In this document: piece by piece, positions 47,850-60,641 of the stretch
Layout of the letters: every line of letters starts with the position of its first letter
How positions within the stretch are numbered: position 1 is the first letter of the stretch
DNA from: Ginglymostoma cirratum
Lineage: Eukaryota
Assembly (NCBI GenBank): GCA_024137785.1
Contig: JAHRHZ010000274.1
Span: 17,846,871-17,910,870, forward strand
Length of the DNA stretch: 64,000 bases
Direction of reading: 5' to 3'
Made by a program: the position numbers and the translations under genes
Notes under the pieces: generated by a model
Database searches by the model: none
What the model was told of the DNA's origin: nothing
Seen by the model: only the letters and a program-made list of their open reading frames with translations

Positions 47850-48400
47850 CCTGACTCCTCAAAGTCTGTCTGCCATCTCCAAGGCACAAGTTGGGAGTGC
47901 AATGGAATATCCTCCTGCCAGTGTAGATGACTGCATCTCCAGTAACACTAAAGGAACTTGACACCATCTAGGTCAAACCAGTCTGCTTGACTGGCACCCC
48001 TCCAATATTCATTCCCTTCGTTTCTAATGTGCAGTGGTAGCAGTGTATGCTACCTACAAGAGGCACTACAATAACATACCAACTCTCCTCAGGTTGTACA
48101 TTTCAAACTCGTGACCTCTAACATCTAGAGATACAACAGCAGATTTGCATTGAAACACCACCATCTGTAAGTTCTCCTCCAAGCAACACATCATCCTGAC
48201 TTGGAGTTATATAATATTCCATTCTTTGGGTCAAAATCCTGGACCTTCCTTCCTAACAGCACTGTGGGTATTCCCACACCCTGACAACTTCAGCGACTTA
48301 AGATGGCAGCTGCCCACCACCTTCTTCAGGGCTATCAGGGATGGACAATAATTCCTGGCTCAGTAAATAACACTGACATTCCAGGAATGGAAAAAAAATC
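47850..48400 (+). mobile_element. Family-B LINE 3' fragment
   Basis: Same motifs as 2785-3260 and 52060-52385. Ends CACCACCTTCTTCAGGGCTATCAGGGATGGACAATAA. Confidence 0.8.
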
Positions 48401-48409
48401 CTTTTTAAT

Positions 48410-48730
48410 AGTTTTCTTTTCATGCAATGTGGGCATCACTGGCTAGGCCCACATTAAGAGTTACTGATATGCACTGGGTCTCATATCACGTAGGCTAGAC
48501 CTGGCAAGGATGGCAGATTTGCTTCCCTAAAGGATATTAATGAACTAGGTGGGTTTTTACAACAATTGACAGTAGTCATGTGGTCATTCTTTGGCTAACT
48601 TTTATTTTAATTCCAGATTTTCTTGACTGAATTCAAATTTCATCATTTACACTTTTAGGATTCAAACCGTAGCCTGGGATACCGGATTACTGGTCCAACG
48701 ACATTATCACTAAGCCACTGTCTTCTCAGT
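48410..48730 (-). mobile_element. tRNA-derived SINE related to 1050-1407
   Basis: Reverse complement contains CATTAATATCCTTTAGGGAAGCAAATCTGCCATCCTTGCCAGGTCTAGCCTAC and the B box GGTTTGAATCC. Confidence 0.8.
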
Positions 48731-49689
48731 GCAGTGGTGGTGCATCGGGCATTCCTCAGTATTAACCCTTTCAGACCCTTACACATTATATGTCTCCCAA
48801 AATTCTGTCTCATTACAATTACGTTTGTTATTACAATTCCATTTACCGCCACACCATCTCTTCTCAAGTCTTCGTCTTCCCAAATTTCATGCAGTCTGCG
48901 GATTTCCGTATTCCCCCCCCCGAAGGCATTCTTTTTGGACATGCTGACTGGCTGAAGACTATTAGCTGATTAACTTCCTGACAGTGTGAGGTCTAAAGAT
49001 CCCTTGCAATAATTAAAATCCTCAACAGGTTCATCCAAAGTAACAGGCGTCTGAGCTGCTCTTGTAGCTCATTGCAAACTGAGAATCAAAGTGACAAAGT
49101 GGCAGAATTGAAGCCTAAGCAGATTTGAAGCCTAAGCAGCCTTGGTTTGACTAAAGAAGAAGATTACAGCACATTATTAATGTGTTTATTAATTACAATT
49201 ATAATTAATTAATTAATTACAATTATAATTAATGTGTATTAATTACAACACATTATTATTAATGTGTTGTAAGAAAAAATTAAGAAAAGACAAGAGTACC
49301 TTTTTAAGGCTGTGTTAAAGGCACAAAGCATTTATTCAAACCATCGTGTGCAAGAATCATCCAGCAATAAACTGGAAAAAAACAGGGATCATTACCAGAA
49401 CCAGACAGCAGGAAACATTCAATAAAAGACTCTTAAAGAAGTTGGAATCATTTCTTAAAGTTATAAATAGTGCGAGTCATTTGCTATGGCTTGATTAAAG
49501 TATGCATCATTTATTAAAGTTGGGGTGTGGAATTGATTCAGTAAAGCCATTAGAGAAGGAATTTGTTTATCAAGGTCACAAACTGCAAAATTCGTCTAGT
49601 GAAATCATTGAAAAGGCAGGATTCATCCATTTTAGCTTCAAAACACAGGAAAACCCTCCAGTACAGCACCACAGACTAGAAGCACCGTT

Positions 49690-50140
49690 CTGACTGTAAT
49701 GTAAAAGCCTTTAATGAAACAAATTGAGAAACAGCTTGCTGATTTGACCAAAATGGGCACTGCTTCTCTGGTTATGAATCCAACCAAATGTTGATGGAAC
49801 ATAGCTGTCATATCCAAGACTAATGGGTACACTGAATTTGTATTGATCTTACACAGCTACACAAGGTAGTGGTGAGAGAAATCCACCTGTGGTAGATTAA
49901 TATTTTTATCCACAGGTACAGATTTCATGACACTCCATTGGTCAAGCAATCAAGATTGTCTATCACATTCCTAACTCCATTTGGAAGATTTTCCTTCAAA
50001 CAATTACCATTTTGGATCACTTCATACCCAAAAACTTTTCAAGCGACAATGTCCTACATTTTACAATATCTTTCTGGAGTCATCTATCAGATGAATGACA
50101 TATTGATACATAGGGAACTCATTGTGGTAGTTTGATCAGA
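49690..50140 (+). mobile_element. Old Gypsy-type RT fragment
   Basis: TFLTPFGRFSFKQLPFWITSYPKTFQATM...YQMNDILIH matches the RT LPFG and xxDD region. Confidence 0.75.
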
Positions 50141-50154
50141 GAGCACTAGCAGCC

Positions 50155-52385
50155 TTAACGTGCTGATTCCTTACTGCATTTCTGAATGACAGGTCCACCA
50201 ACTTGAATGTGGACTAGCACCATTAGAGTTGCTGAAGGAAAGGAAGTTGAAGACTCAGCTCTCCATCCTATCAAGAGGGTTGACCATATATACGCCCATG
50301 GCACCAAGAAGATGTATATAAGCAGGATTAGTCCTGCCTTGCACATCAGACCACACACTTTGATAAGCATAACTATGAGAAACAGTTGATATATTTGGAC
50401 CGGTGGCAACAGGTATGGATGCATCCTGGCCTCCTCCAGAGGTCCCTAGCATCACAGATGCCTGTATTCAGACAACTTGATTCACTCCACGTGATATCAA
50501 AAACAGCTGGAGGCTCTGGATAATGCAAAGGCTAAGGACCGTGACAACATTCTGGCAATAGTACTGTAGATGTGTGCTCCAGAATTTGCCAGTTCCTAGT
50601 CAAGCTATTCCTATACAGCTGCAACACTGGCATCGACCCAACAATGGAAAATTTCCCAGTTAAGTCCTGTACATTAAAATCAGGACAAATGCAACCAGGC
50701 CAATTAATGCTGCATCAATCTGCTCTTACAGAGTCATAGAATCATAGAGTCACACAGACCCTTCAATCCAACCAGTCCATTCAACCATGATCCCAAATTA
50801 AACTAGTCCCATCTGCCTGCGCTTGGCCCATATCCTTCCAATCATTTCTTATTCATGTACTTATCCAAATGTCTTTTAAACATGTCTTGTAACTGTACTT
50901 GCATTCATTACTTCCTCTGGAAGTTCATTCCACATAAAAAACACGCTCTGTGTAAAAATGTTACCTCCATGACTCTTTTAAATCTATTCTCCTCTCATAA
51001 AAATATGCCCCCTTGTCTTGAAGTTCCCAACCCTAGGGAAAAGACACCTGCCATTCACTTTATCTACACTCTTCATGATTTTATAAACTTCTATAATATC
51101 ATGCCTCAACCCTCTACACTCCAGTGAAAAAGTCTCAGCCTATCCAGCCTTTCTTTATAACTCAAACACTTCAGTCCCAGCAACATCCTAGTAAATCTTT
51201 TCTGAACCCTCTCTAGCTTAATAATATCCTTCCCATAATAGGGCAACCAGAACTGGACACAGTAGTCCATAACAGGCCTCACCAATGTCCTATACAACCT
51301 CAACATGATGCCCTAACCCCTATACTCAGAAGTCTGAGCAATGAGGGCAAGCATGCTAAATGCCTTCTTAACTACTCTGTTAACATGTGATGAAAACTTC
51401 AAAGAATTATGTGCCTGCACCCCCAGATCTCTCCATCCTACACTACCAAGGCCCTACTTTTAATTGATTACTGTTGATCATCAGTAAAGTGACGGAAGAT
51501 ACATCAACAGTTCTATCAAAGGGCACTTGCTCAATGATAACCTGCTTACTGATGCCCAGTTTATGTTCCACCAGTGCCACTCAGTTCATGTTCTCATTAC
51601 AGTCTTGGTTCAAGCATGACAAATGAGCTGAATTCCAGAGGTGAGGTGAGAATGCGTCATCTCAGCCCCAGGACATCTCTGCAGGAGTTCTCAGGGTAGT
51701 GCTTCATCAATCCTCCATCGTAACTCAGAAGTGGATGTCCACTGGTGATTGCAGAATGTTCAGCACTATTTCACAACTCCTCAGATACTGAAGCAGTCTG
51801 TGGCCAAATGCAGTGATTCCTGGACAATATCCAGGTTTAGGCTGACAAGTAGAAAATAACATTCCCACCACAAAAGTGCCATTCAATGGCCATCTCCAAC
51901 AAGATTTTCTAATCACCATCCTTTGTCATTCAAAAGGTTTATCATCATGAATTCACCACTATCAACATACTGGAGATTACCAATGGCCAGAAAATGTAGT
52001 GGTCTCACCATATGAGTACTGTGGTTACATAAGCAGGTGAAAGGCTTGGAATCCTGCAATGAGTAATTCACCTCTTGACTCCCCAAAACCAGTACAACAT
52101 CTACAAGGCACAAGTCAGGAGTGTGATGGAATACTCCTCACCTGTTCTGGATGAGTACATCTTCAACAACACAAAAAAGGCTTGACACCATTCAGGACAA
52201 AGCAGCCTGTTTGATTGGCACCCCAATCACATCTTCAACATTCACTCCCTTCACCACAGATGTACAGTAGTAGCAGGGTGTACCATTTACAGAAGGCATT
52301 ATGGTAACTCACCAAGGTTCGTCCAATAGTATATTCCAATCCCATACCTTACTGAAGGGCAACGACAGCAGATGCATGGGAATGT
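50155..52385 (+). mobile_element. Family-B CR1-superfamily LINE (RT region), split by a nested CR1
   Basis: AK.K(G)PDNI, WK.SQ.SPVH and the NY(R)PISLL / IISKV.E halves rejoin across 50728-51470. 3' motifs as at 47850. Confidence 0.8.
50728..51465 (-). mobile_element. CR1/HER1 3' fragment nested in the family-B LINE
   Basis: LYRTLVRPVMDYCVQFWLP and ERVQKRFTRML motifs, and a (GACTCTAT)n tail at 50730. Confidence 0.92.
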
Positions 52386-52389
52386 CATG

Positions 52390-54560
52390 ATTCAGAATGC
52401 ACAGCACAGATACATTGCAAAAAAAAATAGAAAAATTCTAAAAGGAGAAGCCACCATCCATGGTTAACTGATAAAGTTTAGATAGTATCAAATGTAAAGA
52501 ATGTATACATTGTGCAATGATAGGCGGCAGGCCAAAAGATTAGAAAAATGTATTAAAAAAGCAAAGATTGACTATAATATTAAGAAGGAGGGAAAATTAG
52601 ACCATGAGAGAAAGCTAGTTATAAATATAAAAGCAGATAGTAAGACCTTCTACAGATAGGTTTTTTAAAAAATTAACAAAGTGAGTATGGGTTCTATTCG
52701 AAAAGAGTCTACGGAAATAATATGGAAATAAGGACATGGCAGTTGAATTGAACAAGGCTGTTTGCATTCACCACTACTACAGAGGATGTATATAATGTCC
52801 CAGAAATAGCTGTATATTAGGAACTGAAAGGGAAGGAGGAACTCAATGAAATGACAATCACCAAGGAAGGGGTAAAGAGCGAACGGTAGGAGCTGTGGTC
52901 TGACAAATTCTCACATCCTGATGGGCTGCACCCTAGAACGTTAAAAGCAGTAGCTAGTGAGATAGTAAATGAGGTTGGTTTTAATTTCCTATATTCAGGG
53001 ATGGTTCCATTAGATTGGAAAATAATGAATATAAATCATTTATTCAAAAAGGGAGGCAGAAGGCATGAAAATGCAGACCAGTTAGTTTACTATCTATCAG
53101 AGGGAAGCTATTGTTTAAGACTTTATAGCAGGGCACTCAGAAAAAATTGGGAAATCAGACAACATGGCTTTGTGAAAGCAAAATCATGCATAATCAAAAT
53201 CATGTGCTGTGGAAAAAGGAAAACTAATGAATGTACTGTACATGGATTTCCGGAAGGCTTTTGATGAAGTGCCATGTCAAGGTTATTGTGGAAAATAAAA
53301 TTTCATAGTCTGGGTGGTAAAATATTGGCATGGATCGAAAACTGACTACCAAACACAAATCAGACAGTAGGAATAAGTGGCTCATTCTCTGGTTGGCAAG
53401 GTATAGCAGAGGTGTGGCATAGAGATTAGTGCCAGGGCCTCAATATTTTTGATTTGTATGAATGACTCAGCAGACCATGTACATAAGTATTAGCATCAAG
53501 CCTCAGCTCATTACTACCTGTGTTAATGATAAGACGAGGGGAACTAAGTGTAATGTATCCAGGTTGGATATAAAATACCAAATTAGGTGGGAAAGTAAAT
53601 GATGAAAAGGCCACAAAGAGAAAGATATTGGCTGGTTGGATGATTTGGCAAAAACTGGCAGATGCAATACAATGTAGGGAAGCGTGAAATTATCAAGTTT
53701 GTTAAAAAAATATTTTTTGGATAGTGAGAGTCTAGAAATAAGTAAGTGGTGAAGATAACAGAGTCAGCTGTGGGAAATAGATGGGCAAGAACTTGGCAGA
53801 TATTATGTGGGAAAATGTGAGGTTATGCACTTTGGCAGGAAGAACAGAGGAACTGAATATTATTTAGTTGGAAAAAAAAGGTTGCAGCACAAGGCAATTT
53901 GTCAGTTCTCGTGCACATATCACAAAATGCTAGCGCACAAATTCAAAAAGGTAATAGGGAAGGCAAATAGAATGTTAGTCTTTCTTTCAAAGGGAACGAA
54001 CGATAAAAATAGGAAGTCTTGCTAAAACTGTACAAGGTATTAGATATGCCACACCTAGAATATTGTGAATAGTTTTGGCCCTTATCTAAGGAATGGTACA
54101 GAAGTCAATTCATAGAAGGTTTACTAATTTGATCTTGAGTATGGAGGGATTTGCTAATGAGGAGAGGTTGAGTAGGTTGGGCCTGTACTCATTGGAATTT
54201 AGAAGTGTGAATGGTGACCTTATAGAAAGGAGGTTTGCCAGAGTGGATGCTGAGAGGTGTTTCCTTATGTGGGAAATTTGAGGATGAGAGGCCATAACGT
54301 CATCAATTTAAAACAGAAATAAACAGAGATTTCTTGTCTCAAAGAGTAGTGAATCTGTGGAATTCTCTACTGCAGAGGGCTGTAGAGACTGAGTCAGCAA
54401 GTATATTCAAAGCTAGGACAGACAGATGTTTAATCAGTAGGAGAAAGTCAAGGTGTGGGGGAAAGCAGAGTTGAGGGTTATCAAATTAGCTATGATCTCA
54501 TTAAATGGCAGCGCTGTCTCAGTGGGCTGAATGGCGCCTCTTTCTGCTCTAGGTCTTATG
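52390..54560 (+). mobile_element. Decayed CR1 LINE ORF2 (possibly two pieces)
   Basis: MVPLDWKIMNINHLFKKG, QHGFVKAKSC, KCEVMHFGRKN and RLSRLGLYSLEFR. Confidence 0.88.
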
Positions 54561-54734
54561 GAAAATGTTTGCATTCAACCTGGATATTCTTCTACATGGT
54601 TCACAGAAAATTCACAAGCAGATCCAGAGAGCATTTAGAAAGGTAAGTAGTAAGTTAGTTTTTCTTACAACGATATCAGAGTATTAGAATAAAAGAAATC
54701 TTATAACACCTATACATGACAAGGTATGGCCTGA

Positions 54735-56089
54735 TAAGACCATAAGACCATAAGACATAGGAGTGGAAGTAAGGCCATTTGGCCCATCGAGTCCACTCCG
54801 CCATTTAATTATGGCTGATGGGCATTTCAACTCCACTTATCCGCACTCTCCCCATAGCCCTTGATTCCTTGCGAGATCAAGAATTTATCAATCTCTGCCT
54901 TGAAGACATTCAACGTCCCGGCCTCCACTGCGCTCCGTGGCAATGAATTCCACAGGCCCACCACTCTCTGGCTGAAGAAATGTCTCCTCATTTCCGTTCT
55001 AAATTGACCCCTCTAATTCTAAGGCTGTGCCCACGGGTCCTAGTATCCCCACCTAACGGAAACAACTTCCCAGCATCCACCCTTTCTAAGCCATGCATTA
55101 TCTTGTAAATTTCTATTAGATCTCCCCTCAACCTTCTAAACTCTAATGAATACAATCCCAGGATCCTCAGCCGTTCATCGTATGTTAGGCCTACCATTCC
55201 AGGGATCATCCGTGTGAATCTCCGCTGGACACGCTCCAGCGCCAGTATGTCCTTCCTGAGGTGTGGGGCCCAAAATTGGACACAGTATTCTAAATGGGGC
55301 CTCACTAGAGCTTTATAACGTCTCAGAAGCACATCACTGCTTTTATATTCCAACCCTCTTGAGATAAATGACAACATTCCATTCGCTTTCTTAATCACGG
55401 ACTCAACCTGCAAGTTAACCTTTAGAGAATCCTGGACTAGCACTCCCAGATCCCTTTGTACTTCGGCTTTATGAATTTTCTCACCGTTCAGAAAATAGTC
55501 CATGCCTGTATTCTTTTTTCCAAGGTGCAAGACCTTGCATTTGCTCACGTTGAATTTCAGCAGCCATTTCCTGGACCACTCTCCTAAACTGTCTAAATCA
55601 TTCTGCAGCCTCCCCACCTCCTCCGTACTACCTGCCTGTCCACCCAACTTCGTATCATCAGCAAACTTTGCCAGAATGCCCCCAGTCCCTTCATCCAGAT
55701 CATTAATATATAAGGTGAACAGCTGCGGCCCCAACACTGAACCCTGCGGGACACCACTTGTCACCGGTTGCCATTCCGAAAAAGAGCCTTTTATCCCAAC
55801 TCTCTGCCTTCAGTCAGACAGCCAATCCTCAATCCATGCCAGTAACTCACCTCGAACACCATGGGCCCTCACCTTACTCAGCAGCCTCCCGTGAGGCACC
55901 TTATCAAAGGCCTTTTGGAAGTCTAGATAGATAACATCCACTGGGTTTCCCTGGTCTAACCTACTTGTTACCTCCTCAAAGAATTCCAACAGGTTTGTCA
56001 GACACGACCTCCCCTTACTAAATCCATGCTGACTTGTTCTAATCCGACCCTGCACTTCCAAGAATTTAGAAATCCCATCCTTAATGATC
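54735..56089 (-). mobile_element. Young 5'-truncated CR1 LINE (RT domain)
   Basis: QHGFSKGRSCLTNL, YLDFQKAFDKVPH, GVPQGSVLGP and KFADDTK lie in one frame with a single stop at 55810-55812 and a frameshift near 55010. The tail is (TATGGTCT)n. Confidence 0.96.
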
Positions 56090-56771
56090 TGGGCTTCTAA
56101 CAAAAATTGACACAATTAAACTACTGATTATCTCCCAAATTCTAGGAAGCACTTCCAGTCCATTAATAATGATTCCTCTTACATAATAGGCACTGTTCGT
56201 GCACATGATACATATGTTTATGAAGTGTCTAACAGTCCTGAAATAGCTTTACTTATCTCACTACTGGGTGGAATGCAATAACTAATGTGCCAACAACTCA
56301 GAGGGAGATCGTCAGATAAATCAATAAACAGTAGAAAAATAACTCACTGCAGTTTGATAACGTATTTGTTTGGAAAAACAACCTTCGTCTGGATGGATAA
56401 AAAGCACAGCATTTGCACAGGATCCCTGCAACATTTATACACACTGCCCATACCAGCTAATCAAGACTTGAGTGAAGTTAACAACGAAAGCAAGCTGGGT
56501 GAATTGTTCAGAAGTCTATGGAAGGAGTTGTCTTGAGAAACCAAATGGCCATTTTAGTTCCAGGTTTTCTTCTATTCCGACTGAAATCTAAGACAGAGCG
56601 TTTCAACCATTTCTTAAAAGCTTACACTGTAAATCTATTTTGAAATGAAAATAGAATTGGCAAAATCTCCTTGTGTTCACATAGCCAACTGGTTTACCAG
56701 TCTGCACAATGGGATATTAGAAAAGCTCAGCTTGGAGCTTGCATGCACTACTTATACAATACTCATACAAC

Positions 56772-56958
56772 GTGAGTTCCCTGATTGTTAATCTGGTCCA
56801 GTCAGGGAGCCGTGGCTGAAAAATACAAACAGGAGTATCAGAGGTTCTATTCACTCTGAGAGCTGGCTCTGAGGGTGCTGGATCAGTGTCAAGGACTCTC
56901 CACGTGTAAATAAATGGTGACTTGGTGATAGGATACCGTTCTCTGTGGAGTTATTTCA
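56772..56958 (+). mobile_element. Solo LTR fragment of the 40376-43820 Gypsy family
   Basis: GAGTTCCCTGATTG...CCAGTCAGGGAGCC..GGCTGA...GAGCTGGCTCTGAG...TGTAAATAAA.GGTGACTTGGTGA...GAGTTATTTCA. Confidence 0.88.
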
Positions 56959-57239
56959 ATTACCATGGCAGCCACATTACCCAAACACATTTAACAACTC
57001 GCAGATAGATTTCCTTCTCCATTTAAAGGGAAGGTGGCACAAACTGGCAGGAGCAAGGCTAGAGAGAAGGGGAGATGCATGCCATTTATTCCATGTAGGA
57101 AATGGTAGAGGCCATTACTTGCAGGATCATTGCTGTTTTCTGGACAGTGATAGCCTCGATCCTTCACAGATGACAATATCCTCAGTACCCGAACATTTGT
57201 TCTCACATCCCACCATCCATTCACCACATACTCTTTTGA

Positions 57240-57370
57240 GAATCACTGGCTGGACCAGCATTTATTGCCCATCTGTAATTGCCCTAGGGAAGGTGACGGT
57301 GAACTGCCTTCTTGGACCGCTGCCGCCTGTGGTGTAAATAAACTCATGGAGCTGTTAGGAAGGTAGTTCT
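57240..57370 (-). mobile_element. Family-B LINE 3' tail
   Basis: CTGGCTGGACCAGCATTTATTGCCCATC..TAATTGCCCT. Confidence 0.75.
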
Positions 57371-57429
57371 GGGTGTAAGCTTGCATTTTTAACTTTCCTT
57401 CTCTTTTCACACTTGCATTATCTTTGTAC

Positions 57430-59200
57430 CTTTTTTCCAGATTTGTAGGAATTGCAACATGGCCAGGGAGCAGAAGTGGACTAAGAAATATGGATCACAA
57501 GACATGCACCTGATTTCCCACTTGGAGACACTAGCTCAGACATTGAAATGATGAGTTCCTTTGTACAATAGATTGATGGAATTAACATGTGATGAAATAC
57601 ACAGTGCATTGCAGTTAGGGCAGGGATAAAGGATTGTATAGAGGAAAAGAGCCAACTTGCTGGAGGATGAGGTTGCATTGTGCCTTGATACAGAGAACTC
57701 AGATGAGAAATTCACTGGGTCAGGCTACAGATGAAAGCTGATGGATGCACACAACAATATGTTTGATGCACTGGGAAGCCAATATGGAGATGTCTTCCAC
57801 CAATGTGGTACAGAGATGTGAACAAAGTTTGGAGCACATCCTTTCCAGCGTGGAACTGATGGCCTCTTCCAGCAATACACCTCTGAACCCAACCATGATA
57901 CAGAGCTTTGAAGCAAATTACTGCAGATGCTGGAATCTGAACTGAAAACAAAAAAAATGCTGGAGATCATAAGGGGTCAGGCAGCATCAATGGAGAGAAA
58001 GCAAGCTAACGATTTGAGTCTAGATGATTCTTCATCAGACTCTGATTAAGAGTCATCTAGACTCGACATAAAGCTTGCTTTCTCTCCATGCATGATACAG
58101 ACCTTCATGGACACTCTCCTTGTTTCCATGTGGCAGCATCCACAGAGGAAGCTCAGAGTGAAGCAATGTATAAAATCTGACTGCTATCGTGCAAACGCAG
58201 CTGGCTGCCAGGTAAATTCCGACTGCTGACACCATGGTTGTTGATACCAGTTTCCAGCAAGGCTTGCACAGCTGTCCAGCTATCTGTCTTAGGCATTAGC
58301 ATAGTGCTAATGTCACCAGACTGGTAGACCAGAGGTCTGGGATGGTGATCTAGGGATATGGGTATGTGTCCCATCATGGAACAAATCAGGAATATAAGGA
58401 CTGTCTCAAGAATGGTGGCCATGAAAACTATCATTGATTATCAAAACCGAAAAGAGGTAAAGGCAAACGAGAACACAATGGGCTGATTGGCCTCCTTTTG
58501 CACCATATGCACGATTATTCAGATTGTTGATGCCCCTTGGTAGAAGGAACAGTGGCTTCAGAGACTATAAGCCGGCTGTCATCTCTCAGGATGACAGCTT
58601 ACCCCCTTCCTGCTAATGTTCGTACTGATAGCAGTCAGTCAGCTAGCCAGCTAGCTCACGGTGTGCCTACCCCATGCCTATACTGTGCAACCTGAATCTG
58701 ACCTTCTTGGGCCAAAGCTAATTGGAACTGTCTTGTGGGACCATCTACAGTCTTTTATAATAAATGTCAGCACATTTCTGTCTGTCATACTTCAGCTACT
58801 GGGATACTACTTGATACAGGCAGTAGGGCAGGCAACAGCACACAGAAGTTAAACAATGTTGTGTACAATATGGGTGAAGTATGGTATAATTTTGTTTTAC
58901 GTTGTTATTTTGAGTTGGCTTCTATTTTTGCTTTATGACCAAGATCGCATGTGTAATGGTCAGCAACAGAGGGAAGGCAAGGCGCTGTTGGCATTGAGGG
59001 TTCTGCTTCTGGTTCTTTATGTACAACCCTATGAGAAAGTGACTCTTTAGCTTGTGGCCTCCATCCTCTTCCTCTGCTTTCATTCTCTCCTCATCCTCCT
59101 TTTCCCACCCCCATATCCCATTCTCCCTCTTCCAGCAGCTTGTTCTGTTCATTGTGGCCTCTGTTCATTGCGGCCTCTGTTCATTCTCTCAATCACAATT
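57430..59200 (-). mobile_element. Possible highly decayed PIF/Harbinger transposase
   Basis: The minus strand gives an acidic N-terminal run, CTIAVRFY (cf. VTVALNFY) and KGTHHFNV-ELV (cf. KGFHSLNVQLV) in the expected order. Confidence 0.35.
57915..58105. mobile_element. Fold-back Penelope-end insertion with two head-to-head hammerhead-like cores
   Basis: Arms 57990-58039 and 58041-58089. The minus strand reads CTGATGAAGAATCATCTAGACTCAAAT and the plus strand CTGATTAAGAGTCATCTAGACTCGACA. Confidence 0.75.
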
Positions 59201-59763
59201 TATTCCAACAGACAGCCTACTAGGGCAGTCACTGTATCCGATAGGCTTTAAATCAGCAAATCAATTGGCAGCATCCGTCACACAACTCCCTACAATGCTT
59301 TGAAAAATTGCCAAGCGCCAAAAACACACAAAATCATTACAACTTCCTGAGGAAATCAACCAGTAACGAGCCTTGCTGATACCCTTACGTAGCACTGGTA
59401 TGTATGGGTCATGGGCTTTCCTTCATGCTCTTAACATGCATTCAACTGTACCAGCTCAGGGGAGTGAATCGGGTGCAATGCAGAACTTTAAAATGGCAGC
59501 ACTGGCATCAGGTCAGCACAGCATCTGGATTGATGCCTTGATGGGCCTATTCTGCTTCCTTGTAGCAAACATTAAAACGTGCACTAACCCCTTTGCAGAA
59601 ACAGCGCCTGTTACATTTCAGATCAGAAGTGCATGTGTTGTGACGATATTATGGCTTTAACAGGCGTGTTTTGTCCTGGTTCTATTTTGAAGAGAGATTT
59701 TGAGCCATAGCTTACCAGCTGCCTATTTGAAACCAATAAAGTAAACAGCTTGTGCGGCCTTAA

Positions 59764-60641
59764 AATATGGAGCTGGAGGAACACAGCAAGTCAGACAGCA
59801 TTTGAGGAGAAGGAAAGTCGACATTTTGGGTCGGAACCCTTCATCAGGCCCGAGGAGGGGACGGAGCTCAGAAATAAATAGAGGGAGGGAGGTGGGGCTG
59901 GGGGAAGAAAGTGGGTTGGAGATAGACGGATGCAGGTCGGGCATGGTAGAGATTGGTCAATGGGAAGGGTGGGTTGGATAGGTGAGAAGGAAGATGGGCA
60001 GGTTGTGTCAGGTTAAGGAGGTGGGGATGAGAAGAAGGGCTGGACATGGGATGAGGCCGGGGCTTGGGAGATGTTGAAGCTGGTGCATTCTATGATGAGG
60101 TCTTTGGACTGTAAGCTCCCGAGGCAGAATATAGTGTTGTTCCTCCAGTTTACGTGTGACCTCATTACGACAGTGTAGGAGGCCCAGGATGGACATGTCA
60201 CCAAGGCAGTGGGAGGGGGAGTTGAAATGGCTAGCAACCGGAAGATGGTGTTGATTGGAGCGTACAGAGAGCAGATGCTCCGCAAATCGGTCACCGAGTC
60301 TGCACATGGTCTCTCTGATGTAGAGGAGACCACATCAGGCGCAATGGATACGGTAGACCAGGTTAGAAAATATAGAGGTCGAATTTGGAATGATTATTTG
60401 GGATCTTGGATGGAGGTGAGAGGGGAGGTGTGGGGGCAGCTGTAGCACCTCTGGCGATTGCAGGGTGTGGTGGAAGGGTTGGTGGGAATGTGGAGCAGAT
60501 GAGGGAGCTGTGGAGCGAGCAGTCCCTATGGAAAGCAGGTAGGGGTGGGAAAAGAAATATCTCTTTGGTGGTGGGGTCTGATTGCAGGTGGCAAAAATGG
60601 CAGAGGAAGATGTGTTGGATTTGGAGGTTGGTGGGATGGTA
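59764..60641 (-). mobile_element. 5'-truncated Penelope-like element (GIY-YIG endonuclease remnant, hammerhead-type 3' end, 11-bp TSD)
   Basis: LYIRETMCRLGDRFAEHL...PVASHFN...RKLEEQH matches the GIY-YIG YIGET..RL..RF.EH motif. The TSD TGCGGCCTTAA lies at 59753-59763 and 60642-60652. Confidence 0.9.
59815..59850 (-). ncRNA. Minimal hammerhead ribozyme relic
   Basis: CCTGATGA-AGGGTTCCGACCC-AAAATGTCGAC has an intact CUGAUGA box and a GGGT/ACCC stem II, but GAAAC has decayed to AAAAT. Confidence 0.6.
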
